Virus record (IMG/VR): IMGVR_UViG_3300027365_000011
Span: 1-64,000 of that record
DNA: 64,000 nt
Origin: a virus
Direction: 5' to 3' (one strand)
Below are positions 18,090 through 28,519 of this stretch, piece after piece. The stretch's first letter is position 1. Each line of letters opens with the position of its first letter. Position numbers and translations under genes: made by a program. The notes below the pieces were generated by a model. That model was not told the origin of the DNA and did not search any database. It saw nothing but the letters and a program-made list of their open reading frames with translations.

Positions 18090-19652
18090 ATGGCTTCTCA
18101 GCAGGACTACGCCCAGCGCCTGGCAAACATCAATCGCGATGCCAAGGCCATGATGGATGCCGTGGTGTCACCGCAGATGGACGGCGGCGACTTCATCACC
18201 GAATCCAAGGAACGTAACGCACAGCTCACGGATGCAGTCCAGGGCAGCGTGTTCGAGTCATTCGGCGACAGCGCCGGCATGATTCTCGCCACCCAGGCCA
18301 ATGCCGTGCGCGCCTACCACCGCCAGACCGGCCGCTTGCCCAGTGCCGAGCAACTGGCCGCCGGCCAGCGCGCGATGGAAAACCTCGCGACCCTGTGCAG
18401 CCCCGGCGGCGGCGCCCCCGAGCAGATCATGGAAAGCGTGGGGCCGATGAGCACGTCCGAAGGCCAGGTGCTGCGCGACCATATGGCCGCCCTGGTACTG
18501 CCGGTGCAGCTCCACTCGATCACCAACGAGATGGTCACGACCGTACCGGCCAACTTCGACCGCACCGAAATCTTCCGCGTGCGTCGCCTCGCCGGCTCCA
18601 CCTTCGGCGATCTGACCAAGGGCGAGGAGATCGACCAGTTCTACCGCGGTCAGTACAGTTCCATGGACCAGCGCCAGCCGCTGGGCGTCGCCGACGGCAC
18701 CAAGACCGCTTTCACCTACGACGTGGGGATGCCGCTGCGCAACTCCGGCGCCAACGTCGGCGGCTTCATCAAGATTTACCAGGACCGCGACGAAGTGGGG
18801 TCCGACGACGGCCGCGGCAATATCTACGGCCCGTCCCTGAGCGGCACCGTCGATTACGACACCGGCGCGATCAACGTCACTTTCTCCGCGGCGCCGGCCA
18901 ACGGCGCCGAGCTGCATGTCGGCTATGACGTGTCGATCGAGAAAGACCCGTCGCTGATCCCCACCGTCGATCATGACATCCTGAGCTGGGTCATCCTGCC
19001 GCACGAAGCCGCCATCAGCGGCCAGACCACCGTGCAGGCGCTGTTCCAGGCCCGTCGCGAGTTCGGCCTGGACATGACCAGCATGACCGCCACCGCGATG
19101 CGCAACACCCTGGCGGCCGACAAGGACCGCAAGCGCCTCAACGATATGTGGTTCTTCGCCAAGGGCCTGACCACCTGGGACATGACCGTGCCCAGCGCGC
19201 TCACCTACCAGGAGCACTACGAGTCGCTGCGCGAGGTGCTGCTGAATATCTCCACCGACCTGATGATGGACAACCGCCTGTCCGGCCTGCGCGGCGTGGT
19301 CGCCGGCCGCAGCGCCTGCAACATCTTCAAGTCGCTCAACAGCACCCACTTCACGCCGGCACCGGGCTATCGCGAGTCCCCGCAGCCGCACTACGTGGGC
19401 CGCCTGTTCGGTCTCTACGACCTGTTCTGCGACCCGCAAGCGGACGAGTGGGAGTGTCTGTGCTACGCGAAGGGCGACAACCACGGCGATGCCGGCTATG
19501 TCGCGGCCGACGCCATCACCGCGGTGCCGTTCAAGCACCCGGTCGGCACCGACCTGCGCCACCGCGACACCCTCTATGAGCTGGCGTACCGGACCATCCA
19601 CCCCTACAACGGCCGGGCCTGGTTCCGCCGCCTCAAGTTCGTCAAGGCATAA
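18090..19652 (+). CDS. Major capsid protein (P1 gp23-like)
   Basis: GGAG RBS; MSTSEG, AGSTFGD, GDAGYV motifs; followed by the sheath gene as in P1. Confidence 0.85.
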   Translation: MASQQDYAQRLANINRDAKAMMDAVVSPQMDGGDFITESKERNAQLTDAVQGSVFESFGDSAGMILATQANAVRAYHRQTGRLPSAEQLAAGQRAMENLATLCSPGGGAPEQIMESVGPMSTSEGQVLRDHMAALVLPVQLHSITNEMVTTVPANFDRTEIFRVRRLAGSTFGDLTKGEEIDQFYRGQYSSMDQRQPLGVADGTKTAFTYDVGMPLRNSGANVGGFIKIYQDRDEVGSDDGRGNIYGPSLSGTVDYDTGAINVTFSAAPANGAELHVGYDVSIEKDPSLIPTVDHDILSWVILPHEAAISGQTTVQALFQARREFGLDMTSMTATAMRNTLAADKDRKRLNDMWFFAKGLTTWDMTVPSALTYQEHYESLREVLLNISTDLMMDNRLSGLRGVVAGRSACNIFKSLNSTHFTPAPGYRESPQPHYVGRLFGLYDLFCDPQADEWECLCYAKGDNHGDAGYVAADAITAVPFKHPVGTDLRHRDTLYELAYRTIHPYNGRAWFRRLKFVKA

Positions 19653-19707
19653 CCCTCTCGACACGCCGGCCCGCCAGGGCCGGCCCTGACGCAAGGACCA
19701 GGCAGCT

Positions 19708-20076
19708 ATGACGCAGACCACTATCGAGATCCACAACCCCACCGGCTCCAGTGTCACCTACCTGAGCCGTGGGGTCCGCCTGCGCGCGCCGAGCGGCCGC
19801 AGCCGGCACATCGTCAGCCACGCGGATGCCGACCTGCTGCGCGACCATTTCAAGGCTTACGCGCCGCGCGTGACGGTAACGGGCGTGCCAGCACCGGATG
19901 CTCCGGCCGAGACGGCAGACGCCGAGACGGACCCGGCCGAGGATGCCGCGGGCGACGACACCGAAACGACCCAGGCGGACGACGCACAGGCCACCACTCG
20001 CAACACCGGCAGGGCACAGCGCGCCCGGCGTTCCGCCAAGGGCAAGACTTCCGGCGATGAAGGCGACAGCGCATGA
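19708..20076 (+). CDS. Hypothetical virion protein
   Basis: 122 aa; ATGA-coupled to the sheath gene. Confidence 0.6.
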   Translation: MTQTTIEIHNPTGSSVTYLSRGVRLRAPSGRSRHIVSHADADLLRDHFKAYAPRVTVTGVPAPDAPAETADAETDPAEDAAGDDTETTQADDAQATTRNTGRAQRARRSAKGKTSGDEGDSA

Positions 20077-21632
20077 TTAAGCAGACCATCACCAATGCGG
20101 CCGGCGTGAGCGTCCTGCCGCTGATCGACAACACCTACCGCACCTCGACCGGCGGCGTCGGCGTGGCGGCCTGTGCGCTCGAAGCCCCCAAGGGGCCGGT
20201 CGGGCGCCCGGTCTATGTCACCGACGCCACCTGGCGCGACGTGTTCGGCAAGCCCTACCATCCCCGCGAGGGCGGCAAGGCGGAAGGCCTGCGCCACCTG
20301 GGCGAAGCGGCCAAGGAATGCCAGGGCGTGCAAGTCATGCGCGTGCTGGCCGAGGATGCGCAGTTCCCGAGCATCACCTTCAACAGCGCCGGGTCCACCG
20401 AAGCTGTCACCACCGACGCCCATGCCTATGGCACCAGCCTGACCGCCGGCGCGGGCATCGCCCTGATCGTCTACCCCAAGGACGGCGATCCCTCGACCCG
20501 GCGCAAGCTCAACGTCAGCAAGGTCGACACCGACAAGCAGCGCGTCACCCTGCAGGTGCTCGAGCCCGACAGCCTGGGCGACGACCAGGTGGTCGAATCG
20601 CTGACCTTCGGCTTCGACCCCGACGACGTGGACGACATGGGCGCCCCGGCGTTCGTGGAAGCCGTGTTCGAGAACCAGTCCACGCGCCTCGAGGCCGTGC
20701 TGGGGCCGGACGCCAGCCTGGCGGATTTCACCGCCTCCAGCGCGCCGATTGCCTTCGCCGGCGGCACCAACGGCAGCGCCCCGACCGCGGCCGATTACAT
20801 CGCCGCCTGGGACGCCTTCCGCGACATGCGGGTCGACCTGGACTTCATGTTCGCCGCCGGCACCTATGACGAGACCGTGCTGGGCAACGCCAAGGACATC
20901 GCCGATGGCCGCCTGGTGCAGTTCTACTATGACGCGCCGCCGACGATGCGCAACGCCGCGGCCGCCCAGTGGCTCATGGATCTCGGCATCAGCTCCCGCC
21001 AGATTCAGGCCGCCCACGGCGCCTACAGCTTCATCGACCCCTACTACGGCGGCCGCGCGGTGTGGGGCTATTCCGGGGCCATGGCCGCAGCGCGGGCACG
21101 CAGCAACGCCCGCGTTACCGGCAACGTGCCGGGCGTGCATTACTCGCTGGCCGGCACCAAGCGTGGCTATGTCGATCGCCGCGGCGCACGCCCCCTGTAC
21201 GGCGACGACCCGCTCAACAAGGAAGCCCTCTATGACGCGCGGCTCAACCCGATCCTCGCCAACGCGGGCGGCTCCGGGGTCATCATCGGTGACGACCTGA
21301 CCACCCACTACGAGGAAAACTACAGCCGCTTCGGCTGGGTCACGAGCATTTCCAACTACATCACCCAGCGCTTCCTGCTGGCGGCGGCCGCGGCCAAGTT
21401 CGAGCCGGACGGCCTGACGCGCGAACTCCTTCACGACCTTCTCAGCGAGATCATGGAGGAAATGGTCACGGCCGGCGCCCTGGTGCCGCCGCGCAATCCC
21501 GAGGTGGACGGCACGTCGCCCTACATTCTCACCATCGAACAGCTCGAAATCGACCTGTGGAAAGCGACTTGGGAAATCTGCCCGACCGGGGCGGCCCGTC
21601 GCATCGCCGGCCAGCCGGCGCTTATCAAGTAA
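20073..21632 (+). CDS. Contractile tail sheath (P1 gp22-like)
   Basis: FAGGTNG, RLNPI, FEPDGLT, CPTGAARRIAGQPALIK. Confidence 0.9.
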   Translation: MIKQTITNAAGVSVLPLIDNTYRTSTGGVGVAACALEAPKGPVGRPVYVTDATWRDVFGKPYHPREGGKAEGLRHLGEAAKECQGVQVMRVLAEDAQFPSITFNSAGSTEAVTTDAHAYGTSLTAGAGIALIVYPKDGDPSTRRKLNVSKVDTDKQRVTLQVLEPDSLGDDQVVESLTFGFDPDDVDDMGAPAFVEAVFENQSTRLEAVLGPDASLADFTASSAPIAFAGGTNGSAPTAADYIAAWDAFRDMRVDLDFMFAAGTYDETVLGNAKDIADGRLVQFYYDAPPTMRNAAAAQWLMDLGISSRQIQAAHGAYSFIDPYYGGRAVWGYSGAMAAARARSNARVTGNVPGVHYSLAGTKRGYVDRRGARPLYGDDPLNKEALYDARLNPILANAGGSGVIIGDDLTTHYEENYSRFGWVTSISNYITQRFLLAAAAAKFEPDGLTRELLHDLLSEIMEEMVTAGALVPPRNPEVDGTSPYILTIEQLEIDLWKATWEICPTGAARRIAGQPALIK

Positions 21633-21644
21633 CGGAGACCGATC

Positions 21645-22328
21645 ATGCACAACCTGCTGCTGGGGAGCGCCGATGCCGACGTGTTCGGCGACTTCCGCCC
21701 CGGGAATCACCCGGTGCTCGAAAGCGCCGGGCAGCCGCGCAGCGACAGCGAGATGGATGCCCTCATCCTCGAGGCGGCCGAAACCCAGCTTCGCGCCGCC
21801 GCCATGGGCGCGGCGCTGACCTGGATCGACGACGGCGACTGGACCGCCGACACCCTGGACGCCCTCGCCCAAGGGCTCTCCGCCGGTGACGAGGGTGATG
21901 AAGACGACGAAGGCGACATGAGCGATGACGAACAGGCGGAGTACGACGCCCTGCTCGACACGCTCGGCGACGCCTTCGTCTACCTCGGCGCCGATGAAGA
22001 CAACGTGGAGCAGGCGATCAACGGCGACGACGACGCCTGCCAGCTACTCGGGCAGCGGCTGTCCGACCGCCTGGACGAAACGACTCAGGATGACGATGAC
22101 CTGGTGAGCGAGTTTTCCGTGGGCGGCACGCTGGTCATGGAGAGTCTCAAGAAAGTCATTCGCGACGGCGAAGTGAAGTGGGTCCGCAAGAAGAAGCGCC
22201 GCCGCAAGAAGCGTCTGACCGCGAAGCAGCGGGCCGCGCTCAAGAAGGCGCGCCGCAAGTCCAACAACGCGGCCGCCAAGCGCTCTCGCAAGCGCTCCAT
22301 GCGCCGCCGCCGGCAGATGGGGCTGTAA
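21645..22328 (+). CDS. P1 gp21-like acidic protein with basic C-terminus
   Basis: KRLTAKQRAALKKARRKS...SMRRRRQMGL tail. Confidence 0.8.
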   Translation: MHNLLLGSADADVFGDFRPGNHPVLESAGQPRSDSEMDALILEAAETQLRAAAMGAALTWIDDGDWTADTLDALAQGLSAGDEGDEDDEGDMSDDEQAEYDALLDTLGDAFVYLGADEDNVEQAINGDDDACQLLGQRLSDRLDETTQDDDDLVSEFSVGGTLVMESLKKVIRDGEVKWVRKKKRRRKKRLTAKQRAALKKARRKSNNAAAKRSRKRSMRRRRQMGL

Positions 22329-22331
22329 GCC

Positions 22332-22907
22332 ATGTCATCGCGTGTCGGCAACAACGACTCGGAACTGTCCGATCATCTTAAGGCCTTCATCCAGACCCGG
22401 GATGCCCTGGTGGTGGGGATCATCGGCGAGGGCTCGAGCCGTGAGCTGACCGCGATGTGGGAAGCGCCGTTCGAGAACGAGACGCCCGGGGCGATGCTCT
22501 CCAAGACCTCCGGGCTGGCGCAGATGGGCACGGACACGACCTCGAAGACCAAGCTCAACACCACCCAGGTATGGTCCGGCACCATGCCGCTGGTGTTTTC
22601 CCTGGTCCTCGAGCTGTACGCCATCCATGACGCCTACGCCGAAGTGCAGGCCGCCGTGGTGGAGCTGGAAAAGGCCGCCTCGCCCGAGCTCAACGGCGCG
22701 ACCCCCATGGGGCGCATCCCCGAGAAGACGATCGCGCTCAACGCCGGGCGCCAGATCATCTACCCGGAGTGCGTCATCACCAGTATCAGCCGACAACTCG
22801 ACGGGCCGATCAGCCACGAAGGCTACCCGCTCCAGGGCCAACTGACCCTGCAGCTCGAGACGGTCGGCACCGTCAATCGCTCAGACATACCCAGCACCTT
22901 CGGGTAA
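22332..22907 (+). CDS. PmgG-like baseplate/tube initiator
   Basis: WEAPF...VWSG motif; synteny 23-22-21-pmgG-bplB. Confidence 0.6.
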   Translation: MSSRVGNNDSELSDHLKAFIQTRDALVVGIIGEGSSRELTAMWEAPFENETPGAMLSKTSGLAQMGTDTTSKTKLNTTQVWSGTMPLVFSLVLELYAIHDAYAEVQAAVVELEKAASPELNGATPMGRIPEKTIALNAGRQIIYPECVITSISRQLDGPISHEGYPLQGQLTLQLETVGTVNRSDIPSTFG

Positions 22908-22918
22908 AGGAGACCCAC

Positions 22919-23425
22919 ATGGCAAAGATCACCGGGGCGTCCGGCAACACCGAGCTGTTCCAGAAGTCCTACAACACGCATGTCGCCAAGGGCGAAGGCC
23001 TCATCGGCACCGACTTCCTGCTCGAGATCGAGGGGTTCGAGGATAACGCCACGCTGATTCAGGCCGCCCAGCTCCCGCCGCTGATGCGCGAGATGATCGA
23101 GTCCTACGGCCCGATGGGCGTGCGCGTGCTCCAGCAGGGCAACTACAACAACGCCGCCGAGATCCCGATCACCTTCAAGGAGGTCATCAAGGGCGACGTG
23201 TACAAGATGGTCCGCGATTGGGTCGTCAACAAGCGTTACCTGCGCTGCCGGCTCAAGGCCACCCCGGAGTCGATGAACGGCAAGGGCGCCAGCGCCCACA
23301 ACTTCACCATGCACGACTGCTGGCTGAGCCTCGATGGCGTCGACCTGTCGGTCGAGGACCGTGCCGCCCTGGTCAAGCCGGCCGGCACGCTCTACGCCAA
23401 CTACATCGAGCCCGAAGTCGCATAA
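22919..23425 (+). CDS. BplB-like tail tube-fold protein
   Basis: AAGGAG RBS; QLPPLMREMIESYGPMG; synteny. Confidence 0.65.
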   Translation: MAKITGASGNTELFQKSYNTHVAKGEGLIGTDFLLEIEGFEDNATLIQAAQLPPLMREMIESYGPMGVRVLQQGNYNNAAEIPITFKEVIKGDVYKMVRDWVVNKRYLRCRLKATPESMNGKGASAHNFTMHDCWLSLDGVDLSVEDRAALVKPAGTLYANYIEPEVA

Positions 23426-23434
23426 GGAGCCCCC

Positions 23435-24004
23435 ATGACCCCGCTGGACCTGCTGGACGACGTGAAAGCCCGCTTCCCGCTGCTGCTGGTGCAGGACACC
23501 GGCCAGCAGCAGCGCCTGCTGCGCCTGGCGCTTCGCACCTACCAGGACAAGGCGGGGCATATCGCGGCGCTGCGTCTCGACGGCTCGAGCCTGGCGGCCG
23601 ATCCCGTCGTCACCGCCCCGCCGCACGCCCTCGCCCCGATCGGGGGCGTGGACGCGCGCGGCAAGACCGTGTTTCTCCACGAACAGGATAGTGTCAGCGG
23701 CCCGCAATGGGCGCTGGCACTGGATGCGACCCATGAGCCGCCCTTCACCCTGCGCTACTTCTTCGACTTCGCCGGCCTGGACCTCGCCGCCGACTCCCTG
23801 CCGCACGGCACGGTGGGCCTGATTGGCGACTACCTGTATGCCCTGCTGGACATTCTTAACACCCAGCGCCAGCGCCAGGTTAACCAGGCCAGCGAGATCC
23901 CCGCAGACCACCTGCGCGGCGACGCCGAGCTGCTGCAAGCCAAGGAGAACGTCGAGCTGGCCATGCAGGAGCAACAAGCCATCATCCCGAGCATCATGGC
24001 CTAA
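23435..24004 (+). CDS. Head-tail connector-like protein (PmgC position)
   Basis: MTPLDLLDDVKARF..L...AL.TYQDKAG; synteny. Confidence 0.55.
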   Translation: MTPLDLLDDVKARFPLLLVQDTGQQQRLLRLALRTYQDKAGHIAALRLDGSSLAADPVVTAPPHALAPIGGVDARGKTVFLHEQDSVSGPQWALALDATHEPPFTLRYFFDFAGLDLAADSLPHGTVGLIGDYLYALLDILNTQRQRQVNQASEIPADHLRGDAELLQAKENVELAMQEQQAIIPSIMA

Positions 24005-24006
24005 AC

Positions 24007-24570
24007 ATGGCACTGACCCGACCGCCCCGAGCCGGCACGCCGCGCTCCACGCCCCGCCGCTACGGCGACTCCAACCTGTCGGCGATGAAGGCCCTCTCGA
24101 AGCGGATGGTCAATACGCACTTCCGCGAAGGCTGGCAGTACCGGGTCGAGATCGAGGAGGCCCCGGCCGACTGGGAGCTGTACTGCAAGGGCGTGTCGTT
24201 CACGCCGATCGAGCTGGAGTCCGCCGAGCAGCGGGTCGGCGCCCACTACCTCAACTACCTCAACGGCATCCGCCCGGTGGCGGTATCGATGACGATGCGG
24301 GACAACCAGGACGGGCGCATTGTCGACTGGTTCGAGGCCTGGACGGCGAAAATCGTCTCCCCGGCGGGCACCTGGAGCCTGCCGGCCGATTACCTGCGCA
24401 CCCTGCGCCTGTTCCGGCTCGACTACAACGGCGGCGCCACGCTGTACAAGGAGCTGCGCGTCCAGCCGCAAATGTGCGGCGAGCTGACCGAATCCGTGGA
24501 GCCCGGCGGCGGGCTGCTGGAGTTCCCGCTGACGGTCCAGGAGTTCCGCGGCTTCGGCAAGCACTACTGA
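24007..24570 (+). CDS. Tub-like tail tube-fold protein
   Basis: Synteny pmgC-tub-pmgB-sit. Confidence 0.55.
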   Translation: MALTRPPRAGTPRSTPRRYGDSNLSAMKALSKRMVNTHFREGWQYRVEIEEAPADWELYCKGVSFTPIELESAEQRVGAHYLNYLNGIRPVAVSMTMRDNQDGRIVDWFEAWTAKIVSPAGTWSLPADYLRTLRLFRLDYNGGATLYKELRVQPQMCGELTESVEPGGGLLEFPLTVQEFRGFGKHY

Positions 24571-24644
24571 CTTTCCTATCGAGTAACAGTCCGTTACCTC
24601 AGATGATAGAATCGGCACCATGACACCGCCTCATGGAGCCGCCC

Positions 24645-25424
24645 ATGTCGATCCCCCCTTTCAACCTGCCCTCGGACCCCGGCACGACCGTTCACCTGCG
24701 CGAAGCGACCGTGGCGGACTGCGAACAGTTTGCCGACACCGAGCCGGGTCACACCGAGCGCGTGGCCAGCACCGTGCTCAACACCCTGCAGGCCGATCCG
24801 GCGGCCTTCACCGATGCCCGCGACTGGACGGCCGACGATCGCATCCTGGCGGCGTTCTGGTATCACGCCCACACCGCGACGGATACCAGCATCCACCTTC
24901 CCTACGGCTGCCCGCACTGTGGCGATGAGCATGACGCCCTGATCCACCTCAACGACCTGGCGGCCGGCTACCGGGCCATTCAGGGGCGGGCCTACCGGAA
25001 CATCGAGCACGACGGCCAGACGCTGGAGGTGCGCCCCCTGGACGGCCACGCCATGGAGGAGATCGAGCAGCTTCGGAGCGAGGCCGGCGAGCCGGGCACC
25101 GCCGATTACGAACGCATCATGGCGCTGATCGAGCGCCACCGGATCGTCGCCGCCCTGACCCCGCCCGACTACCAGGGCGTTAGAGACTCACGCATTGCCG
25201 ACATGGAGCGCGTCGTGCGCGGGCTGACCCTGAGCCGCTTCGAGGCCTTGCGCGAAAGCGTCGAGGCCGCCTGGCGTGACATGGCCCACGGGCTGGAGAC
25301 GGAGCTGGTCGATGGCGAGTGCCTGCTACTCACGCCGCCGGTGAACTGCGACCAGGAGGCCGGGCACAACACCCGGCTCAGGTTTCCGGTTCGGTGGGGC
25401 GACTATCTTCCGCGACTACGGTAA
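24645..25424 (+). CDS. PmgB-like baseplate hub/tail assembly chaperone
   Basis: YGCPHCG..H Zn motif; upstream of the tape measure gene. Confidence 0.6.
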   Translation: MSIPPFNLPSDPGTTVHLREATVADCEQFADTEPGHTERVASTVLNTLQADPAAFTDARDWTADDRILAAFWYHAHTATDTSIHLPYGCPHCGDEHDALIHLNDLAAGYRAIQGRAYRNIEHDGQTLEVRPLDGHAMEEIEQLRSEAGEPGTADYERIMALIERHRIVAALTPPDYQGVRDSRIADMERVVRGLTLSRFEALRESVEAAWRDMAHGLETELVDGECLLLTPPVNCDQEAGHNTRLRFPVRWGDYLPRLR

Positions 25425-25430
25425 GAGCGC

Positions 25431-28400
25431 ATGGCTGACGATCATCAACAACCTGGCCCTGTGGGCGAATCAGGACGCGGCGAGCGTGCTGGCGCTGCCC
25501 AAGACGACCGCCCTGAACCTCGAGCGCGGCCTGCACAAGAAGCTCAAGGAAATGGAAAAGGCGCACCGGTAGTCACACCGATCGATCTGTCGCCGTTGGA
25601 CCCGGCGCGCAACGGCGTGCTCGAGGCCCTGGGGCGCATCGAGCGCAACACCGCCGGCACGCGCCAGGCCGTCCGGCGTGACGGCGCGACAACGGCTCGG
25701 GCCGAGCCTCGCCGGGATGCCCGAGGACGTTTCGTGGCGGACGGGGGGCAAGGCAGCCTGCGCCAGCAGATTACCCGCGTCCGACGCATCGAACGCAGCG
25801 TGGAGCGCTCCCTGCCCGATCGGCCCGCGCCGGCCCCCGCCGAACGTCGAGCCCCCGGCGTGCCGACGACAGAACGGGGCGCGCCCCCGGCGATAGATAC
25901 CCGCCCTGCCCCGCGGCGGCGCTCCCCGGCATCCACGTCGGGCACCGATGACACGCCCCAGGCCGCGGCCAAAGCCGCCGCCCGAGCCACGGCGGAGGCC
26001 ACCACCCAGGCGGAGTCCGCGCCGGCCGGGCGGGACGTGGATGCCCCGCGACAGGACCAGGCGACGGGCAATGACGCCCCCGCACGCGAGCGCACCGCCC
26101 CCGTGCTGACACCCGCCCAGTTGCGCGCGCTGGCGTTGCGCGATGACAGCGGCCGGTTCCTGTCCCGCGAGGAAAAGGACCGCATGAGCCCGGCGGAGCT
26201 GGCCCAGGCCCGGTTGCGCGAGCAGCGCGACGCCGCCGGCGAGGACAAGCGGGACGGCGACCCGACGCTGCTGAACCGGACGCTCAAGCTGATCGGCGAC
26301 AACCTGACCGATGACGGCGATGCCACGGATGCCGCCGGCACCGCGGTCGGTAATGCGTTCTATTCCTCGGCCAAGGAGTTGGGACAGGCGTACCAGGAGC
26401 TGACCGGCGAGGACTCCAACGCCCGCAAGGCCTATGAGTGGGTCCGCAACAAGCGGGCCGCCAGGGCGGGGGCTTCCGGGCAAGAGGGTTCACGCGGCAC
26501 GGCCGAGGCGATCGCCGATGCCGACGCCAACCAGGCCCGGCGCGCCGACAACGCGCGGGACGCCCGCCAGGACGACCAGGAAGCGCGGCAGGCCGCCCGG
26601 GTCGAGCAGACCGACGCCCTGACCGACCAGGCCGACGACCGCCACGACGAGACGCTGGAGGCGACCGAATCGCAGACCGAGGCGATCGAGGATGGCCTGG
26701 ATGACGTGGTGGACGCCATCGAGCGCATTCCCCCGCCCGGCGGTGGCGGCGGCGGGTTCTCGCCGCTGGACATGCTGCGCGGCCGGGAGCGCGGCGGCCG
26801 ATCGCCGCGGACACGCCCCGGTCGCGGTGGTCGACTGGGCCGGCTGTGGGAGGGGGTTCGCTCGCGCCTGCCCGGGCTGGGCGGAGCCGCAGCCGAAGCG
26901 GCCAGCGGCGGCGGTGCCGCCGGCTGGGGGAGCAAGCTGCTGGCCGGGGGCTCACGCCTGGCCGGGGCCGCAGCGGTTCCGTTGACGGCCCTGCTGGCCT
27001 TCCAGGGCACCAAGGACTCGCTGGGCGACAACCTCAGCGACGGCCAGAAGAACGTCGTCGCCGGCAGCGCGGCGGTGGGATCGGGCGGCGGTGCCCTGGC
27101 CGGGGCTGGCGCCGGTGCAGTGGCCGGGGCCGCCATGGGCTCCGTGGTCCCCGTGCTGGGGACCGGCATCGGTGGCGTGCTGGGCGGGCTGATCGGCGGC
27201 GCCCTGGGGGCCTGGGGCGGCGAGGAAGCCGGCAAGAAGGTCGGCGAGGCCGTGGCCGGCACCATGGACCAGGTGAAGGACGCCGCCGAGGACACCCTGG
27301 ACGACCAGGAGAAAGAGCGAGCGCGGCAGGATGGCGGCGCCCGCTGGTACAACCCGCTGTCGTGGTTTTCCGGCCAGCCGGCCAGCACGCCGACCCGTTC
27401 GGCCAGCACCCCGGCCGGGGCATCCGGCGGCCGCGACGAAACGCTGCTGGAAAGCGACGAGCTGGGGCGCGTGTCCGAGAAGTACGAGTCGGGCGGCCGC
27501 GGCGTCGGCACGGTGTCCAGCGGCATCGGGGATGCCGGCGGCGTGTCCTACGGGGAGCACCAGCTTGCCTCGAGGACCGGCACCATGCAGGCGTTTCTCG
27601 ACAGCAAGGAAGGCGAGCCCTACCGCGCCGAGTTCAAGGGGATGCGCGCCGGGTCCGAGGCGTTCAGCAGCAAGTACCGCGAGATCGCCCAGCGTGACCC
27701 CGAGGGCTTCGAGAAGGCCCAGCAGGACTACATCACCCGCACCCACTACAAGCCGGTGGAGGCGATCGCCAAGGATGCGGGGATGGACACCAGCAGCGAG
27801 GCGATCCAGGAGGCCCTGTACTCGCAGTCGGTCCAGCATAGCCGCCAGGGCAACCGCATCATCATCGAGAATGCGGTGGAGAAGGCCGGCAAGGACGCCA
27901 GCGAGGAGGAGATGGTCAACGCCATCTATGACGCCCGCACGGACTATGCCAGCCGCTACGCCAGCGCGTCGGCCACCACCGACCGCTACCGTCGCGAGCG
28001 CCGGGACGTGCTGGCCATCGCCGGCGAGGACGACACCCCGGGCGAAACGCCCACCGTGGATGAGTCCGCCGCCCTGGCCGCCGCCGGGCAGGCCCCGACC
28101 AGCGACACGCCCGCGCGCGAGCCGCGAGTCGGCCGGCGCACCACCGCCACCATCGCCGCGGCGACCACCGATGTCACCACACCCACCGCGGCGCGCGCCA
28201 CGGCGTCCGAAGGCTCACGGGCGACCGCCCGCGCCACCCGCCTACCCGAGCCCACCACGGAGCCGGTGGACGATCGCCAGGCCGCCAAGGCCCTGCATCC
28301 GGCGCCGAAGGCCGACGAGTCGTCGCCCTCGTCGCCGCGGCGCAGCCGCCCCGCCCCATCGCCGCAACCGCCGGCCGTGGCCGCCCGCGATGGCCGTGAC

Positions 28401-28517
28401 GGCAAGGACGGCAGCACCGGCCGCAACGGCAAGGATCGCAAGAGCGAGGGGCTGCGCGACGTGGCCATGGAGTTCGATGACACCACGCTGACGCTGATGG
28501 CTTACGACAGGGTTTGA
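25431..28517 (+). CDS. Sit-like tape measure protein with lysozyme-like domain
   Basis: RDARGRF motifs; Gly/Ala-rich hydrophobic segment; KYESGGRG...GGVSYG.HQ domain. Start position uncertain. Confidence 0.75.
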   Translation: MADDHQQPGPVGESGRGERAGAAQDDRPEPRARPAQEAQGNGKGAPVVTPIDLSPLDPARNGVLEALGRIERNTAGTRQAVRRDGATTARAEPRRDARGRFVADGGQGSLRQQITRVRRIERSVERSLPDRPAPAPAERRAPGVPTTERGAPPAIDTRPAPRRRSPASTSGTDDTPQAAAKAAARATAEATTQAESAPAGRDVDAPRQDQATGNDAPARERTAPVLTPAQLRALALRDDSGRFLSREEKDRMSPAELAQARLREQRDAAGEDKRDGDPTLLNRTLKLIGDNLTDDGDATDAAGTAVGNAFYSSAKELGQAYQELTGEDSNARKAYEWVRNKRAARAGASGQEGSRGTAEAIADADANQARRADNARDARQDDQEARQAARVEQTDALTDQADDRHDETLEATESQTEAIEDGLDDVVDAIERIPPPGGGGGGFSPLDMLRGRERGGRSPRTRPGRGGRLGRLWEGVRSRLPGLGGAAAEAASGGGAAGWGSKLLAGGSRLAGAAAVPLTALLAFQGTKDSLGDNLSDGQKNVVAGSAAVGSGGGALAGAGAGAVAGAAMGSVVPVLGTGIGGVLGGLIGGALGAWGGEEAGKKVGEAVAGTMDQVKDAAEDTLDDQEKERARQDGGARWYNPLSWFSGQPASTPTRSASTPAGASGGRDETLLESDELGRVSEKYESGGRGVGTVSSGIGDAGGVSYGEHQLASRTGTMQAFLDSKEGEPYRAEFKGMRAGSEAFSSKYREIAQRDPEGFEKAQQDYITRTHYKPVEAIAKDAGMDTSSEAIQEALYSQSVQHSRQGNRIIIENAVEKAGKDASEEEMVNAIYDARTDYASRYASASATTDRYRRERRDVLAIAGEDDTPGETPTVDESAALAAAGQAPTSDTPAREPRVGRRTTATIAAATTDVTTPTAARATASEGSRATARATRLPEPTTEPVDDRQAAKALHPAPKADESSPSSPRRSRPAPSPQPPAVAARDGRDGKDGSTGRNGKDRKSEGLRDVAMEFDDTTLTLMAYDRV

Positions 28518-28519
28518 GC

